A stretch of 62,444 bases of DNA, filler included. It is 6 parts of 6 records of this genome, joined end to end, with 100 filler letters (N's around TTAATTAATTAA, not from the genome) between each part and the next. Parts side by side here need not be neighbours in the genome. Positions count along the whole stretch, not along the records: positions 1 to 20,461 come from SRR20825006_2917; positions 20,562 to 27,058 come from SRR20825006_2920; positions 27,159 to 35,758 come from SRR20825006_2924; 3 more parts are not named here. One strand, written 5' to 3'. The translations under genes were made by a program, and so were the position numbers. Below, piece by piece: positions 19,644 through 28,430 of the stretch (position 1 is its first letter; each line of letters opens with the position of its first letter). The notes under the pieces are model-generated. The model saw only the letters and a program-made list of their open reading frames with translations, did no database searches and was not told where the DNA came from.

Positions 19644-20270
19644 TTATTTAATGGTCTGCTGATAATATTGAGTCTTGATTGTGCCTAATTCTTTCTCAAT
19701 ACGTTTGAGTCGCTTTCTGGCTAATTCATTAGATTTACTATTGAAATTCTTAGTGAAGGTATTAGCAATAAATACGGCATCATATAAAGAGTCCTTTAAA
19801 TATACTCTCATTATACTTACGGAACGATTTATTTCTTTATCAATTAAATCAGTACCAAGTTTGTAATAAATATTAAAAATGCGGTTTTTATCTTCATCAG
19901 GGATAGAGTCATGATGGTTTATTAAAATTCCTACCACTTGCCCAATGGTAGTATCTCTTGAAAAAGTTCTATGTCCTAAAGGAGTTTCAACTGTCAAATC
20001 AAAATAGGGGAGCGCGCTATTTTTTTTTTCTTGATAGCCTGTTACATAAGCAATCTCAGGATTAGGAAAAGTAGAGAGGGAATAAATAATTCCCTTAGTG
20101 CCAGGGAAACTTTGTTGTTCTCGCTTTATACGCTCTTTTATTCCTTTTCGGATAGGAAGAATTTCATTCTCATACCTATATTTTTTAATACTGTTGGTGA
20201 GCAAAGGTTTAAGTACAAACAATCCAAGAATGAGTATAAGTCCCCCAAATCCCATATGCTTTTTCTTCAT
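19644..20270 (-). CDS. Hypothetical protein with N-terminal membrane anchor
   Basis: 208-aa ORF in AT-rich DNA with a hydrophobic N-terminal segment. Confidence 0.55.
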   Translation of the reverse strand: MKKKHMGFGGLILILGLFVLKPLLTNSIKKYRYENEILPIRKGIKERIKREQQSFPGTKGIIYSLSTFPNPEIAYVTGYQEKKNSALPYFDLTVETPLGHRTFSRDTTIGQVVGILINHHDSIPDEDKNRIFNIYYKLGTDLIDKEINRSVSIMRVYLKDSLYDAVFIANTFTKNFNSKSNELARKRLKRIEKELGTIKTQYYQQTIK

Positions 20271-20393
20271 AGTACTTTTTCTTCAAATTTACAGGTTTTA
20301 TAAATTTAATCCCAATAGGAGTTGGATGGGGGATAATTAATTTTACAACAATTGGGAATGATCCAGGATCCAAAATTCTGTACTATATGAAAT

Positions 20394-20423
20394 AAAAAAA
20401 GGCTCCCGATTTCTCGAAAGCCT
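20394..20423 (-). terminator. Probable intrinsic terminator downstream of the tRNA
   Basis: AAGGCT...AGCCTT hairpin flanked by an A7 tract (U-tract on the minus strand). Confidence 0.55.
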
Positions 20424-20435
20424 TATCTTTTCTAG

Positions 20436-20461
20436 TAGCGGGAACTGGACTCGAACCAGTG
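20436..20461 (-). tRNA. tRNA 3' half, probably tRNA-Met (initiator type), truncated by the contig end
   Basis: Reverse complement CACTGGTTCGAGTCCAGTTCCCGCTA gives a T-arm with GTTCGAGTC and an acceptor strand. The anticodon is not in the window. Confidence 0.8.
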
Positions 20462-20561
20462 NNNNNNNNNNNNNNNNNNNNNNNNNNNNNNNNNNNNNNN
20501 NNNNNTTAATTAATTAANNNNNNNNNNNNNNNNNNNNNNNNNNNNNNNNNNNNNNNNNNNN
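20462..20561. other. Artificial contig spacer
   Basis: N44-TTAATTAATTAA-N44; composition shifts on either side. Confidence 0.98.
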
Positions 20562-20604
20562 GATGCATGAGGGGAAGAGTATTCGGTCGGTTATTCATTT
20601 CTGA
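20562..20604 (+). CDS. frmA: 3' end of S-(hydroxymethyl)glutathione dehydrogenase / class III alcohol dehydrogenase (partial)
   Basis: Translates as MHEGKSIRSVIHF*, the characteristic FrmA/AdhC C-terminus. Confidence 0.8.
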
Positions 20605-20773
20605 TAAGACATAAAACCACCCTTCCAGTCTGGGCAGGGACGCCCGCTTTCCAGATTTCTGCGCATTTCGGTTAGGCTCTGCGCATACGTGATAACCCTT
20701 ACATCAAAACCCTCAGCAGAATGAAGTTGACCACACAAACGTGGCACAACAACAAACTGACTGAGGGCATGAG

Positions 20774-22459
20774 ATGTACAACAACAATGCACTGCTTCGT
20801 CGGTTGGGTATGGCCCTGGGGCTGATGGCAGCCTCAATGATGGCCTCCGCTGATAAGGCCGGCAAACCCAACTTTCTCCTGATTGTGGCCGATGACCTGG
20901 GCTACTCGGACATTGGCGCCTATGGCGGAGAAATCGAAACCCCAAGCCTGGATGCCTTGGCGGATGAAGGCATCCGTATGACCAACTTCCATACCGCACC
21001 AACTTGCTCGCCTACTCGGTCCATGCTGTTGTCCGGCACTGATAGCCATCAGGCCGGTATCGGTAACATGGCTGAACTACTCACGGCAGAGCAGAAAGGT
21101 AAACCCGGTTACGAGGGGTATCTGAACGATCTCGTCGCGACCCTTCCAGAAGTCCTTCGAGACAATGGTTACAGTACGTCGATAGCCGGTAAATGGCACC
21201 TCGGTCGAACGGAAGAGCTGAGCCCTGCAGTCCGTGGTTTCGATAACTCCTGGGTGCTTGTTCAGGGTGGCGCCAGCCATTTTGATGATGGGCGCGCCAT
21301 TATTGGTGTCGATCCGAAGGCAATCTATCTGGAGGATGGGAAGCAGGTTGAGGCGCCAGAAGGTTTCTATTCATCTGACTTCTACGCCGACAAGGTCATC
21401 GAATATATCGACGCCGCAGAAGATAAGCCTTTCTTTAGTTTTCTTGCATTTACCGCGCCCCATTGGCCGCTGCACGCACCAGAGTCCTACATCAACAAAT
21501 ACGAAGGCCGATATGGTGAGGGCTATGAGGCCATTCGCAAGCAGCGTATGGGTAAGATGAAAGAGATGGGGCTCATAGGCCATGAGCTTTCAGCCAATGT
21601 TCCGTTTGATGAACTTCCCACCTGGAATGAACTGACTGACGAGCAGCGCAAGGTTGAAGCTCGCAAGATGGAAGTCTACGCCGCCATGGTCGACAACATG
21701 GATCACAATATCGGCCGTGTGATGGACTATCTGGAGAAAACGGGCGAACTGGACAACACCGTTGTGCTTTTCATCTCTGATAACGGTGCTGACGGCAATA
21801 GCCCGGAAGTCCTGCCCAGGAATAGGGAGTGGATTGCCTCAGAGTACGACAACAGTTACGACAATATCGGTCGCCCTGATTCTTACGTCTGGTATGGCGC
21901 CCAGTGGGGGCAGGTCAGCGCTACGCCATATCCAATGTGGAAAGCATACCCATCCCAGGGCGGCTTGCTGGTTCCTGCCATTCTTAGCCTGCCGGGTGAG
22001 TCCGGTGGCGAAATCAACCACGAGTTCTTTCACGTGATGGATGTCATGCCCACCTTTCTGGAGCTGGCGGGTATTGAGCAGCCCACAAGCCCCTATAACG
22101 GCCGTGAAATTTTCGATATCCAGGGCATGTCCATGCTCCCCGGCCTGAATGGTAAAGCCAAGACAAACCGTGTTGTTGGTTGGGAGTTGCTGGGCCGTGC
22201 TGCGGTGCGTAAGGGCGACTGGAAAATCCGGTTACTGGAAGAGCCCTATGGCCAGGGAGAGTGGCAACTCTTCAACCTGGAAGAAGATCCTGCTGAAACA
22301 ACCGACCTGGCTGCGGAGAAGCCGGAAAAGCTCAAGGAAATGTTAGTGGAGTGGGAAGCCTACATTCGCCGCAACGGTGTCTTTCCTGCTGATGCTGCGG
22401 ACATGAGGAAAGTAGGTTACAGCTTCACCACCTGCCTGTACGGCAAGTGTGTTGAGTAG
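20774..22459 (+). CDS. Arylsulfatase (Cys-type formylglycine sulfatase, AtsA-like) with signal peptide
   Basis: ADDLG, CSPTRSMLLSG, GKWHLG, APHWP and SDNG. Confidence 0.93.
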   Translation: MYNNNALLRRLGMALGLMAASMMASADKAGKPNFLLIVADDLGYSDIGAYGGEIETPSLDALADEGIRMTNFHTAPTCSPTRSMLLSGTDSHQAGIGNMAELLTAEQKGKPGYEGYLNDLVATLPEVLRDNGYSTSIAGKWHLGRTEELSPAVRGFDNSWVLVQGGASHFDDGRAIIGVDPKAIYLEDGKQVEAPEGFYSSDFYADKVIEYIDAAEDKPFFSFLAFTAPHWPLHAPESYINKYEGRYGEGYEAIRKQRMGKMKEMGLIGHELSANVPFDELPTWNELTDEQRKVEARKMEVYAAMVDNMDHNIGRVMDYLEKTGELDNTVVLFISDNGADGNSPEVLPRNREWIASEYDNSYDNIGRPDSYVWYGAQWGQVSATPYPMWKAYPSQGGLLVPAILSLPGESGGEINHEFFHVMDVMPTFLELAGIEQPTSPYNGREIFDIQGMSMLPGLNGKAKTNRVVGWELLGRAAVRKGDWKIRLLEEPYGQGEWQLFNLEEDPAETTDLAAEKPEKLKEMLVEWEAYIRRNGVFPADAADMRKVGYSFTTCLYGKCVE

Positions 22460-22492
22460 CACCGCCTCACAACAACAAGCAGGAGAACTCGT

Positions 22493-23485
22493 ATGACAAT
22501 TCGTAAAACTGTTTTGGCAGCTGCGGTTTCCGCAGCTGTCGCGACCCCCGCACTAGCGGTAGAGCTGGAGCAACCGGAGGCATATGGCTATTTGAGCGCC
22601 GGTGCCCTGAAAATTGAAAGTGCTGATGCCGAGGCTGAGGCTTTTGAACTGGAGCTGGGATTGAGGGGCAAGGCGGTCATCGACAAAGGGCTGAACCTGA
22701 ATTATGCCGTTGAAGTGGATCTGGCCGCGGCCGCCAACGATGCCGACAGCCGCAATCCGGGGGGAGAGGCGGACGTCCACGTCAAAGAAGCAAAGTTCTG
22801 GTTGCCGACACGTTACGGCATGTTTGTAGTGGCGCCGCGTGGAACGAGTGGGCAGTGGGTAGACATCTATAGCCCCATCAATCATTACGAATTCAACGAG
22901 CCCCACGCTGATCTTCACCCAGACGGGATTTTTGCCCAGCCGGACAGGACCTCCGGGACATTTGCCTATCACACACCCTGGCTAATGAAGACCAAACTGG
23001 TAGTGGCGGCAATCACGCTGAATGACAGCAACGATCAGGATGTGGACGGCAGAGCCGTTCGCCTGGTTCATCGGGGTGAGAATCTTAATTTTGCGGTTGG
23101 AACAACGATGTTGATGCAGGAACAACTGCCACCATTCGCCACAGACGATTACCAGATCTCCGCTGCCGGTGCCAGCTACAGTCTTGGGGGCCTGACACTG
23201 GGTGCGGTTTGGGAACACAACTCCAACTCACCTTACCCCCTGGCGCCTGATGGTAAGGCCGATTATGACTCCTTCGGTGTATCGGCCAACTACGTCGCGA
23301 GTAGTGGGGCGGGAGTCGCCATTGGGTACAAGGAAAAGAACCATGACTATGACGCTGCGGATGAGAGCGTCTATACCCTCAAGGTGGAGCAGCGAGTGGC
23401 ACCGCAGATGAAAGTCTGGGCCGAGACCGGCCAGTACGACACTCTGCCAAGCAACTATGCGGTGGGCTTTAGCTTGTCTTTCTGA
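22493..23485 (+). CDS. Gram-negative porin family protein
   Basis: Signal peptide, amphipathic beta strands, C-terminal Phe. Confidence 0.75.
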   Translation: MTIRKTVLAAAVSAAVATPALAVELEQPEAYGYLSAGALKIESADAEAEAFELELGLRGKAVIDKGLNLNYAVEVDLAAAANDADSRNPGGEADVHVKEAKFWLPTRYGMFVVAPRGTSGQWVDIYSPINHYEFNEPHADLHPDGIFAQPDRTSGTFAYHTPWLMKTKLVVAAITLNDSNDQDVDGRAVRLVHRGENLNFAVGTTMLMQEQLPPFATDDYQISAAGASYSLGGLTLGAVWEHNSNSPYPLAPDGKADYDSFGVSANYVASSGAGVAIGYKEKNHDYDAADESVYTLKVEQRVAPQMKVWAETGQYDTLPSNYAVGFSLSF

Positions 23486-23518
23486 AATTGAAAGCGTCTT
23501 GCCCGGCCAGCGGAGGAC

Positions 23519-24508
23519 CTATCCCTTCCTGGACCGGGCCTTTTTAGGCAACACGAAATGCGCATTTCGGCGCTGCCGCACGGTTTCCGAAGGCAGCTCG
23601 CCAAAGGCCTCCTGATACTTGCATGTGAAATGGCTGAGGTGATTGAAACCGTAGGAAAACGCAGCATCGCCGATGTTGATATCCGGATCTGAAAGGAGCA
23701 TTTCCCTTACGCCTTTGAGCTTATGACGAAGAATGAATTTAGCGGGGGTGGTATTCAGGTAGGTTCGAAAACCAGACTCAAGGGAGCGCCTTCTGGCTCC
23801 GGTCACACGAAGCAGATCGCATACTGACATGGGTTCCCGAATATTCGCCAGAACCCAGTCTGTTGCGAGCCGGATACGCGCTGGCAGAATAGTCAGGTTT
23901 TGAGTTCCAGGCCGGTGGAGCTGATCTGATAACTGAGCTACCAGGAGACTCTCCCATTGTTCCTGAACAGAAACCCCGATGTTCCCCTGGTAAATCTGGT
24001 GCTGCGCTGCCAGGCACTCAATGCCGTTTTTAAGCAACTGGGCATCCTGGTGGTTTCCCGGCACAAGGGTTGTATCGTCTCGAAGGAGTTCCAGGCTTGG
24101 AACACCCAGTTTGTCTATCAACGTTTGTCTGGAAAGGTTTATAACGACGGATCTGGTGGATTTTTCCCAGACCAGATCGGCGAGCTTACCCGGCGCGATT
24201 AAAAGCAAACTGTTGGGGGTAATATCCTGGTTCAGTGCGTTGCAGTGAATGCGACCTGACAATACCAATATCGCATGGAAGGTTGACTGTGCATCAGACT
24301 GGACATGGACTTTCTCCGACCATTGAGCGCCAAAGAGAGTAGAGCCTCCCAATGGTTGGCAGGTCAGCAGATTGTTAGCGCTCCCACTCGCGGACAGCGG
24401 TGACACCTCCCGGTCATCAATACGGGAGTTGATAAAACAGCGAGCCTCTTCGAAATCGGAGGACTGAACGCCTATGTTGTGGAAAAAAGGAACGTCGTCT
24501 TTCTTCAT
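23519..24508 (-). CDS. AraC family transcriptional regulator (AraC-binding-2/EutR-like N-terminus)
   Basis: C-terminal HTH with YGFNHLSHF...FGELPSET. Confidence 0.9.
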   Translation of the reverse strand: MKKDDVPFFHNIGVQSSDFEEARCFINSRIDDREVSPLSASGSANNLLTCQPLGGSTLFGAQWSEKVHVQSDAQSTFHAILVLSGRIHCNALNQDITPNSLLLIAPGKLADLVWEKSTRSVVINLSRQTLIDKLGVPSLELLRDDTTLVPGNHQDAQLLKNGIECLAAQHQIYQGNIGVSVQEQWESLLVAQLSDQLHRPGTQNLTILPARIRLATDWVLANIREPMSVCDLLRVTGARRRSLESGFRTYLNTTPAKFILRHKLKGVREMLLSDPDINIGDAAFSYGFNHLSHFTCKYQEAFGELPSETVRQRRNAHFVLPKKARSRKG

Positions 24509-24715
24509 AGCGCGGTATCGTTATTTTTGTAGGCTCTGTTCGGAATTTTCATCCGTTTTGTTGAGTATTACAGGCAATTGACAGGCCAGCTGTAATGGAG
24601 TTCGGCTTGGGCCTTGCAGGACAAAGTCGAGGGAAGCCAACGAGGCGGCCCAGGCTTGGACCTAATCGATAGTCGGTTAAGCATCTGGTAAAAAATCGAC
24701 GTTCACGACGCGAGA

Positions 24716-26800
24716 TTGAACGATATGATCAACCCTGTCCGGTGTTTGTCGGTGTTTTTTTGTCTGGCATTGATCAGCGCAGTTGCTGTCGCTAGACCGG
24801 CAGATTGCGCCGGTTGTCATGCAGATGAGGTGAAACAATGGAGCGAGTCGCAACACGCAGCGGCGATGATGCCTGCCAGCCCGGATTCTGTATCAGGCGA
24901 TTTCTCCGGGGCGACCTACAGCGACGACGATCTTGAGGTCCGATTCAGCCGCTCTGAAGATGCCTACGTTATCCAGACCATTGAAGACAGGAAAACTCTG
25001 CAATGGACGGTCCGGTATAGCTTCGGTATTTATCCGTTACAACAGTATCTGATCGGTACCGGTGATGGCAGGCTCCAGGCGTTCAACATTGCCTGGGATT
25101 CCCGGGACGAGTCCGAAGGTGGCCAGCGTTGGTTCAGGCTGGATCAAGCGGGTGAAAACCATCCCGGTGATGCCATGCACTGGACCGGCATCTACCAGAA
25201 CTGGAATAACCAGTGCGCGGATTGCCACTCCACCGGGCTCGAGCGCAACTACGATTCGCAAAGCGACACTTACAATACCACCTGGGATCACGTTGCAGTG
25301 AGTTGCACTGCCTGTCATGAAACGGCACAGGCACACGCCGAAGCCAGGCACGAGAAGAGGTCCGTCGGCGCTGGCGTCGATCTGGCGGCGATGGGAGCCT
25401 GGCTGGTCAGTGAAGGTAGCCGCCCGCCACGACACACGGGGGTATCATCCAGGGATGCCCAGGTGACTACCTGCGGGCGTTGCCACTCGTTAAGAACCAG
25501 TCTGGCGGACACTAAGGGCGGCCAGGTCCATGACCAGTATAGCCTGACCCGGCCAGAGCAGCCGCTGTATTATTCCGATGGCCGGGTGCGGGAAGAAGTC
25601 TTTGTGCTGGGCTCCTTTGAGCAGAGCAAAATGTTCCAGGCCGGCGTAGTATGCAGCGACTGCCACAACCCCCATAGCGGCGAACTTAAAGCTAAGGGCA
25701 ACGCCGTCTGCACCCAGTGCCACAACGCTGGCGATTTCGATACGCCGGAGCATCACCATCATCCTGAAGACAGTGGTGGGGCCCGGTGTGTGAACTGCCA
25801 CATGCCTGAAACCACCTTCATGAAGATTGATGACCGCCGTGAGCACAGCTTCATGGTGCCACGGCCGGATGTCTCCAAAGCCAGTGGCAGCCCGGATGTG
25901 TGCCTGGCGTGCCACTCTGACGAGGAGCGCGACTGGTCAGTAGACATAGTGGATGACTGGTTCCCGGAACTCTACGAAGCCGATACCTGGTATCACGTTC
26001 AGCAGCAGGATATGGCAGAGGTGGTGGTTTATCTTAAAAGCTCTGACAAACCGGCATTACGCCGGGCTACGCTGTTGGAGCAACGGGGTGAAGTGTTGGC
26101 CCGGAACAAACCATCACTTGTTGCGAACCTGCTCCGGAGCGAACATGCGGTAATTCGTGAAAGTGCCTACCGGGTGCTGCGACATGGGGCCCAAGATCAG
26201 GGCCGGAAACGGGCGGCGGCCGGCCTCAATGATCCGGCCCTTGCAGTACGAATTGCTGCTTTCGAAACACTGGTGAGGCTGGGGCAAACCCTGGATTCAG
26301 ACGCCTGGGAAAACGCCCGGAATGAATACGAGCACTTCCTGGATGTCCAGTCAGACCTTCCCTCCGGCCTTGTCCTGAAGGCTCGCTACCTGTTGGCGAA
26401 GGACATGATCGACAAGGCCGAGAAGACGCTGGACCGTGCCCTGGAGAAAGACCGTGGTTATGTTCCGGCAGCCATTCAGTTAACGGATGTTCTCCGCGCC
26501 GGAGGTCGTAACCGTGAAGCGATCCAGTTGATTGATTCAACACTGGAGGCATTTCCGGGTGAGGCGCGACTGATTCACCTGCGTGGCTTGATAAACCTGA
26601 AGCTGAAGGACTACAACGCAGCACTGGATAATCTGGAGCAGGCTGCTGAGCTTGCGCCCGGGCAATGGTTGTTCGGTTATCGCTATGCAGTGGCTCTGTA
26701 CCAGATGGGCCAGAAAGATAAGGCCCGAGAGGTGACCGCGTCGCTGCTGAGCCGTTTTCCCGACAACCGTCGCATTCGGGCCCTGATGAGCCATCTTTAA
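24716..26800 (+). CDS. Multiheme (8 CXXCH) c-type cytochrome with HEAT/TPR C-terminus
   Basis: CAGCH, CADCH, CTACH, CGRCH, CSDCH, CTQCH, CVNCH and CLACH; signal peptide; TPR-like helices. Confidence 0.88.
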   Translation: MNDMINPVRCLSVFFCLALISAVAVARPADCAGCHADEVKQWSESQHAAAMMPASPDSVSGDFSGATYSDDDLEVRFSRSEDAYVIQTIEDRKTLQWTVRYSFGIYPLQQYLIGTGDGRLQAFNIAWDSRDESEGGQRWFRLDQAGENHPGDAMHWTGIYQNWNNQCADCHSTGLERNYDSQSDTYNTTWDHVAVSCTACHETAQAHAEARHEKRSVGAGVDLAAMGAWLVSEGSRPPRHTGVSSRDAQVTTCGRCHSLRTSLADTKGGQVHDQYSLTRPEQPLYYSDGRVREEVFVLGSFEQSKMFQAGVVCSDCHNPHSGELKAKGNAVCTQCHNAGDFDTPEHHHHPEDSGGARCVNCHMPETTFMKIDDRREHSFMVPRPDVSKASGSPDVCLACHSDEERDWSVDIVDDWFPELYEADTWYHVQQQDMAEVVVYLKSSDKPALRRATLLEQRGEVLARNKPSLVANLLRSEHAVIRESAYRVLRHGAQDQGRKRAAAGLNDPALAVRIAAFETLVRLGQTLDSDAWENARNEYEHFLDVQSDLPSGLVLKARYLLAKDMIDKAEKTLDRALEKDRGYVPAAIQLTDVLRAGGRNREAIQLIDSTLEAFPGEARLIHLRGLINLKLKDYNAALDNLEQAAELAPGQWLFGYRYAVALYQMGQKDKAREVTASLLSRFPDNRRIRALMSHL

Positions 26801-26805
26801 TCAAT

Positions 26806-26831
26806 AAAAAAGGGCTCGCAAATGCGAGCCC
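26806..26831 (-). terminator. Intrinsic terminator between convergent genes
   Basis: GGGCTCGCA-AA-TGCGAGCCC perfect stem preceded by an A6 tract. Confidence 0.8.
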
Positions 26832-26847
26832 AAGGGGTACACCAGCC

Positions 26848-27058
26848 TTAACTGCCGGTTGCGCGGAGATGCTGGACGTTGAACATACTGGGGCGGGACA
26901 TTTCGGGGTCGACCTGGCCCTTGAACTGACCGGTTGTGCAGTGGCTTGCCTGCACATCAATCATGCTGAAGCTGTCGTCGATCGACACTCCGGTACCCTT
27001 GTTTTTGGGCAGATGGTGGTCGGGATGAGCCTGGCCGATGGTGAAGGTCTTCCACAGG
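26848..27058 (-). CDS. C-terminal fragment of a probable DUF1329-family periplasmic protein (partial)
   Basis: Minus frame reads LWKTFTIGQAHPDHHLPKNKGTGVSIDDSFSMIDVQASHCTTGQFKGQVDPEMSRPSMFNVQHLRATGS*. The family call is from recollection. Confidence 0.5.
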
Positions 27059-27158
27059 NNNNNNNNNNNNNNNNNNNNNNNNNNNNNNNNNNNNNNNNNN
27101 NNTTAATTAATTAANNNNNNNNNNNNNNNNNNNNNNNNNNNNNNNNNNNNNNNNNNNN
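27059..27158. other. Artificial contig spacer
   Basis: N44-TTAATTAATTAA-N44. Confidence 0.98.
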
Positions 27159-27687
27159 GGACATCGCGGAGTACTCCGCGATGTCCGCCTTCGATGCGGT
27201 GGTTTGTCTTGGCCCTGGGTATCACGTGGGGAGCGCCGAGGAGTTCCGAGAGGTCTGCGCTCGCGTCGTCGAGCTGACGCGAGCAGGCGGGCATGTGTTT
27301 CTCTCGTTCATCCCGCGTCTGACGGGCGTCGCTGGTCTGGTGGCTCGGGCAGCGTCGAGCAAGGAGCAGATCCTGCCGGGGACCTTGACCGAGGTTCTCG
27401 CCACAGGTGTGTTTCGCAATGACGCTGAGGTGGGCTTCGCGGAGGCCTACTTCGCCGATCCCGAGGAGGTGCGTGCAGGGTTCGAGGCGCTCGGAGTCGA
27501 CACACGCGACCTCTGCTCGGTGCGTGGCTTTTCGGCTTACTATGGCGCCGCGCTGCGGCAACTGCGTGACGAGAACGAACCCCTGTACCGAGAGGTCCTG
27601 CAGTTGACCCGAGAGACCGCGTCGCTCCCGGAGGTTGTGTCGAGCTGTTGGCACGCGATGTACATCGGGCAGGTGCCATTGGTCTAG
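27159..27687 (+). CDS. Class I SAM-dependent methyltransferase, C-terminal part (partial)
   Basis: FDAVVCLGP.YH, then a 'L..GG.vf' motif; frame is open to the contig edge. Confidence 0.7.
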
Positions 27688-27699
27688 AGTAGTTGTAGT

Positions 27700-27719
27700 C
27701 GAATATCTTCAACACCCTC
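27700..27719. repeat. 20-bp IS/MITE-like terminal repeat, inverted partner of 35729-35748
   Basis: CGAATATCTTCAACACCCTC is the exact reverse complement of 35729-35748. Confidence 0.7.
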
Positions 27720-28296
27720 TCACGCCGTAGCCAGGGATGTTTCTGGTCACCAGTTCGCGTAGCTTCTCGAGTCGGTCAGGTCGGAGCGGCTCGAGCTCGT
27801 AGCTAAAATCATAGAGACCTCCCGCGAAGGTATTCACGATCCTACTAGGGAGGCGCCTGCGGCGCTTATCCTTACTGGTGATCATGGCATAAGCGAAGGT
27901 CTCCGAGAGCCCGGGGATGGCGGCGTCATGTTCCTCGTGCCCTTGCAAGAGCGAGAATGACATCGTTTCGATATCTTCCCAGGCGATGTAGTGGCGATCG
28001 AAGGGACCCGCGTCGATGATGATCCCTCGATGCGTGAAGAGCATGACGGGTTTGTTCGTGAGCCATTGATACACGTCATAGAAGGCAGGCGCTGCCATCA
28101 GGAAGAGCGTGGGACCCATCCAGGCGCATGTCGCCGCCTGCCAACTCAGAAGCGCCGCGGGTCGCGTGATGACCACCGCCAACAACCCTGACATCATCGT
28201 CGCTCCCAGCACGAAGTAGAGGATCATAAATGGGAGATCGCGCGTGAATTGCCTTCTGTGCAGGTAGAGCGCGATGTTCGCGTCGTATTCACTCAT
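27709..28296 (-). CDS. Hypothetical membrane protein (2 TM plus small PH-like soluble domain)
   Basis: Two hydrophobic helices then GIIID...IAWEDI; the stop codon lies inside the 20-bp repeat. Confidence 0.55.
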   Translation of the reverse strand: MSEYDANIALYLHRRQFTRDLPFMILYFVLGATMMSGLLAVVITRPAALLSWQAATCAWMGPTLFLMAAPAFYDVYQWLTNKPVMLFTHRGIIIDAGPFDRHYIAWEDIETMSFSLLQGHEEHDAAIPGLSETFAYAMITSKDKRRRRLPSRIVNTFAGGLYDFSYELEPLRPDRLEKLRELVTRNIPGYGVRGC

Positions 28297-28329
28297 GGGC
28301 AAAACCTCGCTGGAGATGGTCTCGGTGAT

Positions 28330-28393
28330 GAAATCGTGCGTAGTTTATTTATTGGTTGGTTGACCAACCAATAAATAAACTACGTACGATTTC
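28330..28393. repeat. 64-bp near-perfect AT-rich palindrome
   Basis: GAAATCGTGCGTAGTTTATTTATTGGTTGGT-TG-ACCAACCAATAAATAAACTACGTACGATTTC: 31-bp arms with one mismatch. Confidence 0.9.
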
Positions 28394-28430
28394 GCGATCT
28401 GGCAACCGCTTTCGATTTTCGATAAACGGG

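Noticed and set aside
20506-20517. TTAATTAATTAA motif repeated five times as a biological repeat or CRISPR
   Set aside because: It is always centred in N44 pads and encodes stops in all frames, so it is an artificial linker.
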